A stretch of DNA of 64,000 bases from Schmidtea polychroa (Eukaryota): NCBI GenBank assembly GCA_044892525.1, contig CM097887.1, positions 10,230,001 through 10,294,000 of the forward strand, read 5' to 3'. A program made the position numbers and the translations under genes. The notes under the pieces were generated by a model that saw nothing but the letters and a program-made list of their open reading frames with translations, searched no databases and was not told the origin of the DNA. Positions 47,579-59,610 of this stretch are shown piece by piece. Every line of letters starts with the position of its first letter. Positions within the stretch are counted from its first letter, which is position 1.

Positions 47579-48379
47579 TGTTGGGTTTATGTGCAAGTCG
47601 GTATCACGGTCTGACTCCTTTGTGTTCTTTTTCAAAATCAAGATAACCCAACACAATAATTTTATTCAAGACTAATACAAGTACACTTTTTGATTACACT
47701 TTTTTGAACAATTACAATCTTTAATAACTCTTTGATCTGCACTTTTCAATAATACAATAAATCTCACGTAGGGATAATCTTCCAACGGGAGATGTCCCTT
47801 TCTGGTACGTTCGATTTCTAAATATCAAATTATCACAACCGCTAAATCCTTTTACTCACTCGTTTAATTCTACTAAATTTTCTTCGACCACCTGGCAATT
47901 ATGTTTCTTTGCTGGTTCCTTTTATACTTGACCCGTCAATTGATTTTAATTCGTCAAGCCCTTCGTATCAAATTTCCCGGGCTTCCTCCTATCTCTTTCT
48001 CTCATTGTCCTAATTTAATTTTCGTCGACCGATCTAATTTCCCCTTTGATCTACCATTTAGGCTCTCCCATGACGCTAGGGCTTTTCATTATCTCGGGTT
48101 TCCCATTAGCTCGGGCTTCCCATTAGTTAATTAATTTTTAATTAATTTTTGTTTTTTGTAATTTATTCTTTCTAGGGACCCCCCATTGATTTTATTTTAT
48201 TATATTTGAACTCGTCTCATAATTTGGCATCCGCCCATACCAGTTTCCCCCGAAATCATTCAATTTTTGTTTTTTTGATTATTTTAATTAATATCTTTGT
48301 ATTTTACATTTATTATTATGAATTTGGTGTTTTCATTGATTTTCAACTCAATTTTGTATCTCTTTTATTGAACCCCAAC

Positions 48380-48380
<1 letters not shown>
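47579..48380 (-). repeat. 5' LTR (802 bp) with TATAAAA (47920-47926) and AATAAA (47661-47666)
   Basis: TG...CA ends with terminal inverted repeat TGTTGGG/CCCAACA. Direct repeat of 25364-26120. Confidence 0.96.

Positions 48381-48457
<77 letters not shown>
48381..48457. repeat. (AAT)n microsatellite, right flank of LTR element
   Basis: Direct reading. Confidence 0.95.
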
Positions 48458-49326
48458 CCCTGTAGTTTACAGTCAGCATGCAGCTACACAATTTTAAATA
48501 TTGATAAATGTAGTTCCATGTAGTTTGCAGTCAGCATGCAACTACATTATATTACTATTTTTAGTTCATTGTAATTTATAACATAATTTCTACAATGATA
48601 ATATAGATTTATCATCATTTGTTATTATATAGTTCATTTATAAATGGATTAAATAATAACAAATGATGATAAAGACCGATTCAATATGAATGCATTATTA
48701 ATCATAATTATAAACATCTTATATGATTTTTTTTATTTATTAGGTTCATTATACCCAAATTATTGGGCAGAATTGGGCGCAATAGTCACTGTCATCATGA
48801 CATGAAAAAATATTATAAAAAAAACTTTTAATGGTATCAACTTTTTTATATGCTCCAAATGCAAAACGCCAGAAAACATAAAATATAAAGATTTTTTAGT
48901 AAACATCATAGTCACTTAGGGCAATTTTCGACTACTAAAAATGATTTATTTAAAAAAATGAATAAAAAAAATTCCAATATTATAAATAATCCAAGACATG
49001 ACACAAAAAACAATAAAAGACCTGCTGATATAATTCAAAATAATATTCCTAATAAATTACCTCAACAAGAAGTGATAGTCATCAGCGATGAATCGGGTGA
49101 CCGCGCAAATTTGAAAAAAATACGGGATATTGTAAATTTTTTCATTAAAGTCGATTTAACCTGAACTTTAACGAATTTTTTTAGAATTGTAATGTTAACA
49201 TTTGATTTGAACGACAATCAACTACACTAATTTCAAAATTCAGTTGAGAATAAAATTTTGAAATTCTGAAAATCGCTACATAAAAATTTGATTAAATCTT
49301 AAAGATAAAGTTTTAACACTTTAAAG

Positions 49327-49819
49327 CAGCGGTTCTTAAGGAATTTTGGTCACGACCCAAAAACATTTTTAAATAATTAAAGTACTCAAACAATTTTTTT
49401 TTAAATTAAAAATTTAATATTATTTTTTATTATTAGAAAGATCTTCAAACTTTGGCACTATTTTCGTCAGAGCACATCTAATGTCGATTTCAGGATCTAG
49501 TCTGTTCCTGTATTTCGTTTTAATTTTAATTCGTTTAAAAACCCTAACCCTAATTTTTTGAATTGAATATTTTAAACAATACTCTTAAGAATAAACAAAT
49601 TTAATTTTTAAACTTTCTTCTGAATGATCATTAAAAAAGCTATTTTAGGTTAATAGTCATAAGAATTTTCTTATAAAGCAAATTTTTAAGCTAAAGTTCG
49701 CTTGAAATGTAAAAAATTTTTCAAAGAATAATAAATTTGCCTCAATTTGTCAAAATGCTCCTCAACCCAAGAAAAAATGCTCCACGACCCTAACCCTAAC
49801 CCACGTTTAAGAACCGTTG
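49327..49819. mobile_element. Non-autonomous Buster-type hAT (493 bp)
   Basis: TIRs CAGCGGTTCTTAA / TTAAGAACCGTTG. Perfect 8-bp TSD CTTTAAAG. Confidence 0.9.
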
Positions 49820-50083
49820 CTTTAAAGTGATTTAATGAAAACTTTAACGAATTCTCAAGAATCACATTTGAAATTTAAGTAGTTTTTAAACGCTAAAAAA
49901 GTTAAAATTATAAATCATAATTTTAAATTTGATTCACAACTTGTAAAAAACACTATTACAATGACAATTATGAATATAACAATTTTTTGTTAGTGCTGGT
50001 ATTTAACAGTTTACTTTTACTGATATTAAATATGAAAAAATGCTCTTTTTTGAGATTTTATGATAAAATTTTATGAAAATTGC

Positions 50084-50573
50084 AAGGGGGTTGCAAATCA
50101 AAAATGCCTACTAAGTTTTCATTCCAATTTTACCAAATTAATATTTTTGGTAACTGAGAATGAAAAAAGTTACTACACTAAATTTTTTTAAAAACTTTTT
50201 TAAAGTGTTATATTGTAGTCTTTCACGAATAAGACTAAACTTTTACTTTTTGGACATAAAATAAGAATCACTAATGTTAAAATACTATTTTTAATGCTGA
50301 AAATAGAATTTTTAATTTTTATGAAAATTTTTAATTAAGCTTTTATTTTCATAATTTTCATAATAAACAATTTAAAATTATTAACCACATATTTCAGTAT
50401 AAAATATTGCAAATTGTGTAAAAAATTCGAAAATTGAAATAAAATTAATAAAATAATAATAAAAGTTAATAATTTAAGTGTAGTAACCTTTTTCAATCTC
50501 AGTTACCAAAAAATTTAATTTGCTAAAATTTGAATGAAAAACTTAGTAGGTATTTTTGATTTGCAACCCCTTT
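50084..50573. mobile_element. Unclassified foldback/MITE with ~110-bp imperfect TIRs
   Basis: GGGGTTGCAAATCAAAAATGCCTACTAAGTTTT...GGTAACTGAGA..GTTACTACACT is inverted at 50475-50573. No TSD identified. Confidence 0.7.
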
Positions 50574-50804
50574 GGAAAATTGGCTTAAAGTGGAAGTATA
50601 AAAAAAATCGCCGATGATGAATGTGTAGCTACAAACTTTAATCAGATAGGTGGTTCTTTAATAACCATAAATAACAAACCTCTTGTAGAATCAAACTTGA
50701 ATGGCTCTAAGAAGACCTTGAAATTTAATATATCTCAAGAGAATTTAATTAAAATACCCTCTCACCGATAGAATAAAAGAAAGGTTAATAGCTGAAATAG
50801 AAAA

Positions 50805-52720
50805 ATGGGGAGTGTAAAAATACAGTTTGCAATTTTAATAAAATTTGAAAAAGATGGGAGGTGCAGGATAATTACTTTTCAAATAATGCATAAGTTTTCA
50901 GGTAATTTTCTGATTGAGGGGGTGAGCAAATTAAATGAAAAGATAAAGATTCACGTATTTAGGAAGCGGGTGGCGTGCAATTATTATACAGGTAATAGAT
51001 TTTATTTTAACCAAATTCACACCCATTAATAGACTATCCGGACATAGTTATATAACCACTTAATGTACGTGCCCGTGACAAATACGGGCGCATCTTACTG
51101 GCAATTTAGTACGCGCCCGTGACATAGACGGGCGAACATTATATTTACTTATGATATTTACGTATAGCGTGTTTATAACGTGTTGTTTGAATTGTTTAAT
51201 TATTTAATATTTTTGAATTACTTTTTTTATTATATTATTTTTATTATATTATTACACAAAATTCAAAATAAATGTGTACATTAAGTGGTTAAGAACCCCA
51301 TAAGTGTTAAAATCTAAACACGCTATTATTAACGTAAAAATAAGGACTATAAAAATTGCTTTACTCAAACAAGATGTTATAGTTAGGAACCCACAAAGAA
51401 TCACCAATTATATAGAATATTAAAATGAAATTAATTTTGACCCCATCACAGATTGTCCGATGAGACTTTGCAACATATCAAAATTTGTGAAAAAAATCAC
51501 CATCTAAATTTAGCAATAAATGTCCTTTCATATAATCCTGCTAGTTCTGATTCCAATATTTCCGATGATTTCGTAGCTCACTACCCTCATCTTAATATAA
51601 TACATCGTTCCAAGGTTATCGATGGTAGGCCGATTTATTTATTACTTCTCAGTAACAACGAGAAATACCATTATACGGCCGTAACTAATTTAGATAGATT
51701 AATGAACTACCATTCAAGTAATGATTGCAATGTAAAAATAAGGGGTAACAGGTGTCCACATTGCCTTAATGGGTTCCGATATAATAATACTCTGTAAGAA
51801 TCAGACTGGCACAATACACTCACCAAAAAAATAAGGACTTATTATTTACAGATTATTCCAAAACAGTTACATCTCTCTGTGATTTATGCCGATTTTGAAT
51901 CGGTTTTACCTGAACATCATTCACCACCAAAGTCACCTACACATATCAGCAGGTCTTTTACTAATTAATAATTATAATCAGACTAAATTTTATTTTGATT
52001 TTTTTGGTATAGATTGTATTTTCGAATTTTTGAGGAAGGCGGAGGAAATTGCTACCACAATTGTCCTGTCATATTATGAGCTTGAAGGCCGTAAAGGCTT
52101 GCCTACTTTATCTTTTGCTCAGGAGCGTGCCTATCGAGCTAATACTATCTCTTATTTGTGTAAGAAAGATATAATGAATCCTGTTAGAGATCATTGTCAT
52201 TTCACTTATAGATATTTAGGCGCCGCATGCAGGAAATGTAATGTCTCTCGCAAGATTAATAGATTATTATCTGTAGTCTTTCATAATTTATGAAGCTATG
52301 ATTTGCACCATATTTTGAAACATGGCCTCAATGATTTTCCCACTTGGGATTTGAACATTATTCCTACCTCAACAGAGAAATTTATTTCTGTAATTGCTTA
52401 TATTAACAAATTGCCTGTTCGTTTTATTGACAGCATGCAATTTGTTAATTGTTCTTTAGCTAAAGCTATGAAAACACTTACGGAAGATGAGTACATTAAG
52501 GCTAATGTTAATGTACCTCAAATTAGACGTATAACTCCTTACAGACTATTTTCAGCAATTCAGTGGAAAGGCCATTGCATACAATTGTCTTGATCCTCTT
52601 AATTTCTATGGAATTCCCGGTATTTCATGGGCCTCAACGCTTCTGACATTAACGAACCCATAGAACTTCTGCGGGACATGGAAATGTATAATTTCTATGA
52701 AGGAGGAATAGGGGTGGGTT
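50805..52720 (+). pseudogene. Polinton/Maverick (adintovirus-like) protein-primed DNA polymerase B relic
   Basis: HYTAVTNLDRL, CPHCLNGF, VIYADFES, RDHCHFTYRYLGAACRKCN, VFHNL.YD, EKFIS, RFIDSMQF..SL, LDP..FY..PG.SW, DMEMYNFYEGGI. Many stops and an internal deletion. Confidence 0.88.
51056..51288. mobile_element. piggyBac-like MITE inserted in the Polinton relic
   Basis: TIR CCACTTAATGTAC / GTACATTAAGTGG, flanked by ATAA (left) and TTAA (right). Confidence 0.7.
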
Positions 52721-54174
52721 AACATTTGTTAACAAACATTAAATTATTATTGTTATTTTAAGTGTTGTTTTAGTATTACATATAAATTGTTATTCTTAAA
52801 AATTGAAAATTGCTTTTTATTCTAATTCAAGTTGTTCCATTATTCTTAAAGGTTGAAAGAAATTATACCTATGAAATTCAAGTAAAACTATTGTTTACAC
52901 ATTGAGACTACTTTTAAAATATTAAATTTAAAACTATTTTTTATTAAATTTAAAACTATTATTTATATATTTAACTATTTTTTTAAAATATTAAATTTAT
53001 ACATCCTAAATTAATTTTGACAAGAAAACTTCATAAATATGAATGGAAATTTTGTAAATTTTATCAAAAAATAAGAGACAGACAGTCTTGAAAATCAATT
53101 TGAACAAGAGTGATACACTTTGATATTTTATTGTGAAGCTAATTTTATTTTTCAAATATATATATATATATCACCCCCATAAATTGGGGTTTCGAGTAAA
53201 TATATTCGAGACCTCAACATAATTATTAACATCATCCTTATTATTATTAGTACATTTATTATTATTCTATAATTATTATGGTTATTGTAATGTACAGTTA
53301 TATTTTACTTTTGTTAACAAGGGTTTACAACGTTTAGTTATCTCGCTTGGCGTATGTCGCGTTTTAAAATGATTAAAAGAAACTATATAGCAATAATTCA
53401 CTATGTTAAATTATCGCTATACAAATATTGAAAAATAATAAAAAACCAATAAAAAAAAACTACGAAACAATATTCTAGAAATTGCTCTATAAAATCTGAA
53501 GGTATAGAAAATTAGAAAAAGGAAAAAATTGAAGAACTGTCTAAAGTCAAAGTGAAGAAATAATTAAATAAATAAACTATCCTGAATCAAAACCTAATTT
53601 AGTTAGAATTAAATTACAGAAGTTTGGACGATATTATCAAGCATCTTTCCATTCTGTCGACTCTCCTATATTATATTCCACTCAATTACCAAAAATATAA
53701 ATCAAAGAAAAAGAATATTTCCAACTAAATTCAAGGAAACAAAGATTTCAGTAAATTTGGAGATTCTTCGAAAGTACTTTAGACTACTATTGATTAATTC
53801 CAAAATTCAGTTCAACCTCTTAAGATTTGAGACAAAAGATCGTGTTTGATACAAGCTCAAGACATTTTTAATCCTGGTCATTCAGACAACCTCAGGTTTT
53901 TCTTTTAACATTTCTTGAATAAAAGTTTACGTTACAAAATTGTTATCGTTAATTTATTGTATATTTTTTATACGTTAATATATAGTATAAATATATTATA
54001 AATATATTATATACATTCTAACATACATTCACCCAGCTGTCCCGAGACAGTTTTTTTACTGGTGACTCGGCTGGGCCCTTCAAATCTCTTCACAAGACAT
54101 TCTTATAAGAACAAGAACTCAAGACACGCATTTATAACAAAATACGTACATTCAAACACATCAGCCAGAAGACA

Positions 54175-54308
54175 AAAGCCGATTGATTATAAAGCCGATT
54201 GATTATAAAGCCGATTGATTATAAAGCCGAATGATTATAAAGCCGATTGATTATAAAGCCGGTTGATTATAAAGCCGGTTGATTATAAAGCCGATTGATT
54301 ATAAAGCC
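54175..54308. repeat. 16-bp tandem repeat AAAGCCGATTGATTAT, about 8.4 copies
   Basis: Direct reading. Confidence 0.95.
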
Positions 54309-54899
54309 AATCATGTTTTATCTGTGAGTCATGGATGACTCCGTTGTATAGTCTTATTGTGTTTGTGTGTTTTGTTTATTTTAACCTTGTATCAATGACC
54401 ATTATTAATAGACATCCTCACCCCCCACTACACCACTACACCACTCTATACCACCTTCATCATTCTATACCTACCACTATCCTACTACAACCCATCACTA
54501 CTAACTATACCCTCGTCCATCACTAATACCTATAACCGCACCTATACCATCCATCATAACCCATATTCAGATATATCAAACACTTAATCTAACCTGGGAG
54601 AAGCAAACAATTACCAGTCTATCCTTTGAGCCCTGTCAACAACAATCCATCAAAACGCCCATCAATGTTTTACTCTGTACTCACGTACATCAAACAAGAA
54701 ATCAAGTTTAACGCTCGAGCCTCGGCACAGCGTTCTCTGGAAAACAGCACAACAGCTTTAGAAAGTTCAAGGGTTGAGAAACCATCTTCCCTTCCGCCCT
54801 AGTGGCCTGCTTTGTAATTATAATAAAATTTGATTTTTTTTCATTCGGTAAGACCATGATAGTTATAATTATTATCATTATATCATTATATCCTGAAAT

Positions 54900-55521
54900 A
54901 CATTGTTTGCTAAGGCAGTCAAACAGTTTATATGGATGTAGCGATCATCAATATAACCCAAATTATGTCGATTCGTTTTCGATTTCTTTTTATGAAATTC
55001 AATTTTCTTCAGAAACACTCTTTAAACAACTTCGTAAATCGAAACAGTTTTATTCAATCATTTCTTCCTTGTACCGTTTATAAATATATGAATCAAACCA
55101 TGCAAATGTTAATTTCGATATTATTGAAGCATTTTCTTCAGGGCAAGGATTTTCTTTATTAATTATTGTATTCAGTTTGCAATAACGAGCAAAACCTTCA
55201 ATAACAAGATTCAGTAAAAACAGCATAAATAACACTCCAGAAATTTGAATGACAATCACGTCATTTGATGATTAATTCTTAGAATTGTCGATAATTTTAC
55301 TGTAGAATCTTATCAAGTATGCAATTGTGCCTGCGAACCAAGATATAAAAAGAATTGGACACACGGGATGAAAAATGTGCCGTTTGATTTGTTTGGACAA
55401 TAGCAAGAAACAGTGTTGTACTTAAACAACCATATGATAGCAAATAAAAGCCTTCTATGCCTGAAAGAGAATTCACCTTTATTGAATCCAATTCAAGAGC
55501 CAGAAGAATTAACGAAATCAT
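54900..55521 (-). pseudogene. Decayed ABCC/MRP-type ABC transporter N-terminal (TMD0-L0) fragment
   Basis: NPCPEENASIISKLTFAWFDSYIYKRYK matches the MRP L0 motif NPCPExxASxxSxxTFxW, preceded by SGVLFMLFLL. Stops follow immediately. Confidence 0.6.
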
Positions 55522-56156
55522 TGTAAATTGTGAATTTAATTTGAATATTATTCATTTATTAATAAATATTAAAAATAAACAAAATACTTAATAATATTCG
55601 GTAGTATTGTGATTGAAAACATGAATGTCTAGTATTTTGTTACAAAATTAGTCATTATACTTTCATTGAAGTTAGGGCCTAGCTATTGTAGGCTGGGGGA
55701 ATGCGTGGCTAGGCTAGTCGTAATTGTGAGTCATGGTCGTGATTGGCCCCAGAAAACGAGGTCGTAAAACCGGGCGGTCGCAAGGCGAGAATATCAAATG
55801 GCATTCGAATAATAGGACGACAATTGTAAAATCCAAAAATCAGAAAGATTGAAAATTTCAATTTGACAAAGCGTAGTAAATTATAAAACTCAAAGAAAAG
55901 GATTTACAAAAGATATAAAGTGCAATTCATAAGTCTCCGTCTCTAAAACTAAAATATAACAACACTAAGAACAAACTAATTGTATTGGGTTACTTTAATG
56001 CACAACAAACCACGATGACAGTAAGAACAAATAACGGTAAATAATAAGCAATTTCATAGCAACTGTTCAAAATTTTCACCATCTTACTCCAAACAGAGAT
56101 TGCATCGTTTCCTTAAGCTTGAATAACATTTACGGACGACTTCTTGATAGTTGTTA

Positions 56157-56620
56157 TTAATTCATATGAAATTGCTTCTTCAAGTTCGTTGAGCGTTGTA
56201 TAATTGTTTTAAACTGCATAAACTCAATCTGTGATATAGCTCCATAGTCAAAAGCCCAATATCGTGAGGTATGGAAATCTTGGTGGCGATTCCTTTGGTC
56301 CTCTACCACCAATCCACCACTGTGGGAAATGTTGATCAGGATATTGTCGTGCTGGAATACTGATATGAGCTGGGGTACCATCGTGTTGATACCAATGTTG
56401 ATTGTCATTTCCAGATTTTGATTTAAAACAGTGACATACCGCTCTATGTTCACTGTTTCACGACTGATACTGAAGGTTACACCAAGATCCTATGAAATAG
56501 CCGCCCAAACAGTCAATCAATGTGATTTCAGCGGTACAGATAACAAACGATGTTCATTCTCTTTAGCGTAAAAGAGATTGCGTTTTCGTACGAGACCGTT
56601 TAGAAAATAATCTTTCTATG
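56157..56620 (-). pseudogene. Tc1/mariner-superfamily transposase relic
   Basis: YFLNGLVRKRN..ENEH..PLKSH.LTVWAAIS...TVNIERYVTVL...VFQHD. Many lesions. Confidence 0.7.
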
Positions 56621-57466
56621 GAAATTAATACTGTTTTCGTTGACTATCCAAGAACCGAATCCCACCCTCCTATCGGCATCATCTTCTCCCAATGATTGAT
56701 TTAAATAATATTTGAAAGGTTTTATTTTTTCTTCCATATGCAATTTCTCGTTGATTTGTGCCATCATTCTCTTTTACATAATTTATCACCTTTTCCTTAA
56801 CCTCTATGGTAGTGAGTTTTGGTATTATGTACACACTTGATACGGAGTGAGTTATTTTAATATAAAAATTTAAAATAAAAAGTATTACGTTTGACGACTT
56901 CCGACACAATAATTGGGTAAAAAAATGAAAACTTACCACTTTCAAAGTTTTTATTGAAAAAAACTATAGGTTGCGGTGTCAAAATATTCGTACACTAGTA
57001 AAAAAGAGTAATTGAAAACTTACACTTACAAAATGATTAAAAACACGTATAAACACACAAATGAAACACAAAACATGACTAATAATGTTTTTTAGAATGG
57101 TAGTTTTTGAAACATGGATGTATACACAAAAAGCCGTTGGTTTATCCATTTCTGACGTTTACTTACGATTAAAGTCTGTATGACGAGTGATCAACAACAT
57201 TTCAATAGTGCACCACCAGCTAGGACAACAGTGCAATAATGGAAATAGATGTTTGACGAAAATGGCGATCAGGAAGACCGTCTGATGAAATCATTAACCT
57301 CTAAGTTAGTATGGTCGTACCCGTACGGCTGAGATCATTACCATCACCAGCTACGTCCCCCATATAGTTAATCAGTGAATATCAATGAGTATAAATAATA
57401 TTGTGTTTTGTTGTTTTATTTTAGTTTTAGAGGCAGAGAATTATGAATCGCACGGTATATCTACAT

Positions 57467-59610
57467 CAGTGGTTCACAACCCGTGTTCCGCGATTACTCT
57501 TCCAGTGTTCCGCGAAAAAAATGACATTTTATCTTTAAATTTGCATTTAAGAAACATATCAAAAACCTCAATTAATGTTTTTATAAGATGATTCAATAAG
57601 AAAGCCGTTACACAGATATATAAACATACAAATATAAAAGTGTTTTTATTGCTTGTTATTGTTACGCGTGGTATTTTCTTTGCATATAAGAAGGCATTGT
57701 TTACGTTTACGACAGATTTATAGTAATTTGTGATTGGTCACTCATTCTGGGCAAGTATCGACCGTAAATGTCAATAACTAGTTGGACATTAAAAATTTTT
57801 ACTCAACTGCTAGTAAATTTATATTTTCATTACGATTATAAATTGATTTGAGTTACTTAGTGTCGGAATTATTACAATTGACCAAAGACGTATTGTTATA
57901 CCAAAAGGTTATTCTGGCCACAAGTTTGAGGTTTTTAGAATGAACATAGAACATTTCTTCCAAAAAACTTTAAATATCAATAACTACAGGATTATATTAC
58001 TGAAATGGAGGGTAAACAGATTTGTCAAATCAATCAACGAGTAGTAAGAATATTAATTTATTCTTATTTAACCCCAACTTTTATCCCTTTTACCGAATCA
58101 ATAATGTAATTCATCTTTTGATTATCTACTTTAACAACTTTTATGTCTATAATTTACACACGCATTTTAAAAATATAGTAAATGTATCAAACATGACAGG
58201 TTTTTGTCAGATTATTTTCAGAAATTTTCGTAAGTAATAATTCTAAACTAGTATTACTTTAATCAAAATAATTTTTGAATTAAGCTAATTCAAATAAAAT
58301 TATTACATAACTAATTAATACAAACTACATATTTCTCAATTTTACTAACAAATTGATAAACCATATATAAATAATACTAATAAATCATTTACCTCATTAA
58401 ATATGAAACGATGATATAATTTTCTGATTTACGAGGTTTCCCATTTCGACATTGACTAATTGCTCGTAATTTTCTCCATCATAAAATTGGATTTACATTA
58501 TTTTGTAAATAATCTTAACAAATTGCTTAAAATATTTCTATGAGAAATTCAAAATAGTTTTAATAAAAACAAATATTTAAAATGTCGAAAAAAATAAAAA
58601 TGTAATGAAATCATTTAAGAAATTATTTAAGATTTCTTAATACTCAGATTTTTAATAATTAAACTATAAAATTATTACAACTAATTAGCATTTTTAATTA
58701 CTAGTAATTATTAGTAATTAGCATTATAAGAATTCAAAGATTTATGAAATTTGTAAAATTCAGCGGTTTCTACGAAATTAATGTAATTTTTTAATGAATA
58801 TTAGAAAGATTTTAGTAATTTTCGATGAAATGTCCAAAATACGAGTCAGCATATACGTATGGTATATTTATTTTTGTAAATCCCAGGTATTTTGTGTTGT
58901 TGAATCTCCTTTCACAATCTTTTGTTAATATCCTAGAACTAATTTGAAAAATAATAAAAAAAGTTATTATTTCTCTAAACATAAACTATAGGAAATTGAA
59001 AACAAATTACCAAACACTTACATTGAAATTTTGACAATTATATATTTTAAGGGCCTCAATTTTTTATTAACGGAATGCTAAATGTATTTTCATCATCTAG
59101 TAAACGTCCACTTCACGTCCATTTATCTAAATAGGATGATATAAATCTTCAGTTTTAGGTTTTAATTTCTTTTCACTAAACTCTAAAAACCTTCGAAGTT
59201 GGGTGCATGTCAGCAATTAGATCTTTAAGGTTTTGCGAATGAATTCCAACTTCCTGGATATAGGGTCAAACAATGAAAGGGAGAAGTTTTAATAATGTGA
59301 ACCTTCGATGTATGATGAATATTCATTTAATCAAATTATTTAAAATTATTAATTAAAAATTGAGCCTTTTTATTCAATGCTTCCAACGGTGGTAATTCGT
59401 GAGACCTACATAGCCGTTTGCCCGCGAGTTAAGAAACTGGGTAAAAAGTGTGCTAGAATATAAAATTTACCAAGCATCCCTTTTTATAAATTTCATGATA
59501 TATTGAAGTTCATACAAAACACAAAATATTTATTAAAATTGGCAAAGGTCTTTGGGCCAATAGTAAATTTTTTTACCTGTCCGTGAAACTGAAAAGTTTG
59601 GGAAGCACTG
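57467..59610. mobile_element. Possible decayed hAT element
   Basis: Left CAGTGGTTCACAACCCGTGTTCCGCG and right TCCGTGAAACTGAAAAGTTTGGGAAGCACTG resemble Buster ends. The TSDs do not match, so the pairing is uncertain. Confidence 0.35.

Larger units (their letters stand above)
25364..48380 (-). mobile_element. Giant Ty3/Gypsy-type LTR retroelement / ERV-like element, non-autonomous copy (no RT) with nested insertions
   Basis: Two ~0.8-kb direct LTRs TGTTGGG...CCCCAACA, PBS inside the right LTR, PPT inside the left LTR, 4-bp TSD ATAA. gag, protease and GPY/F integrase tail are all on the minus strand. Confidence 0.95.
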
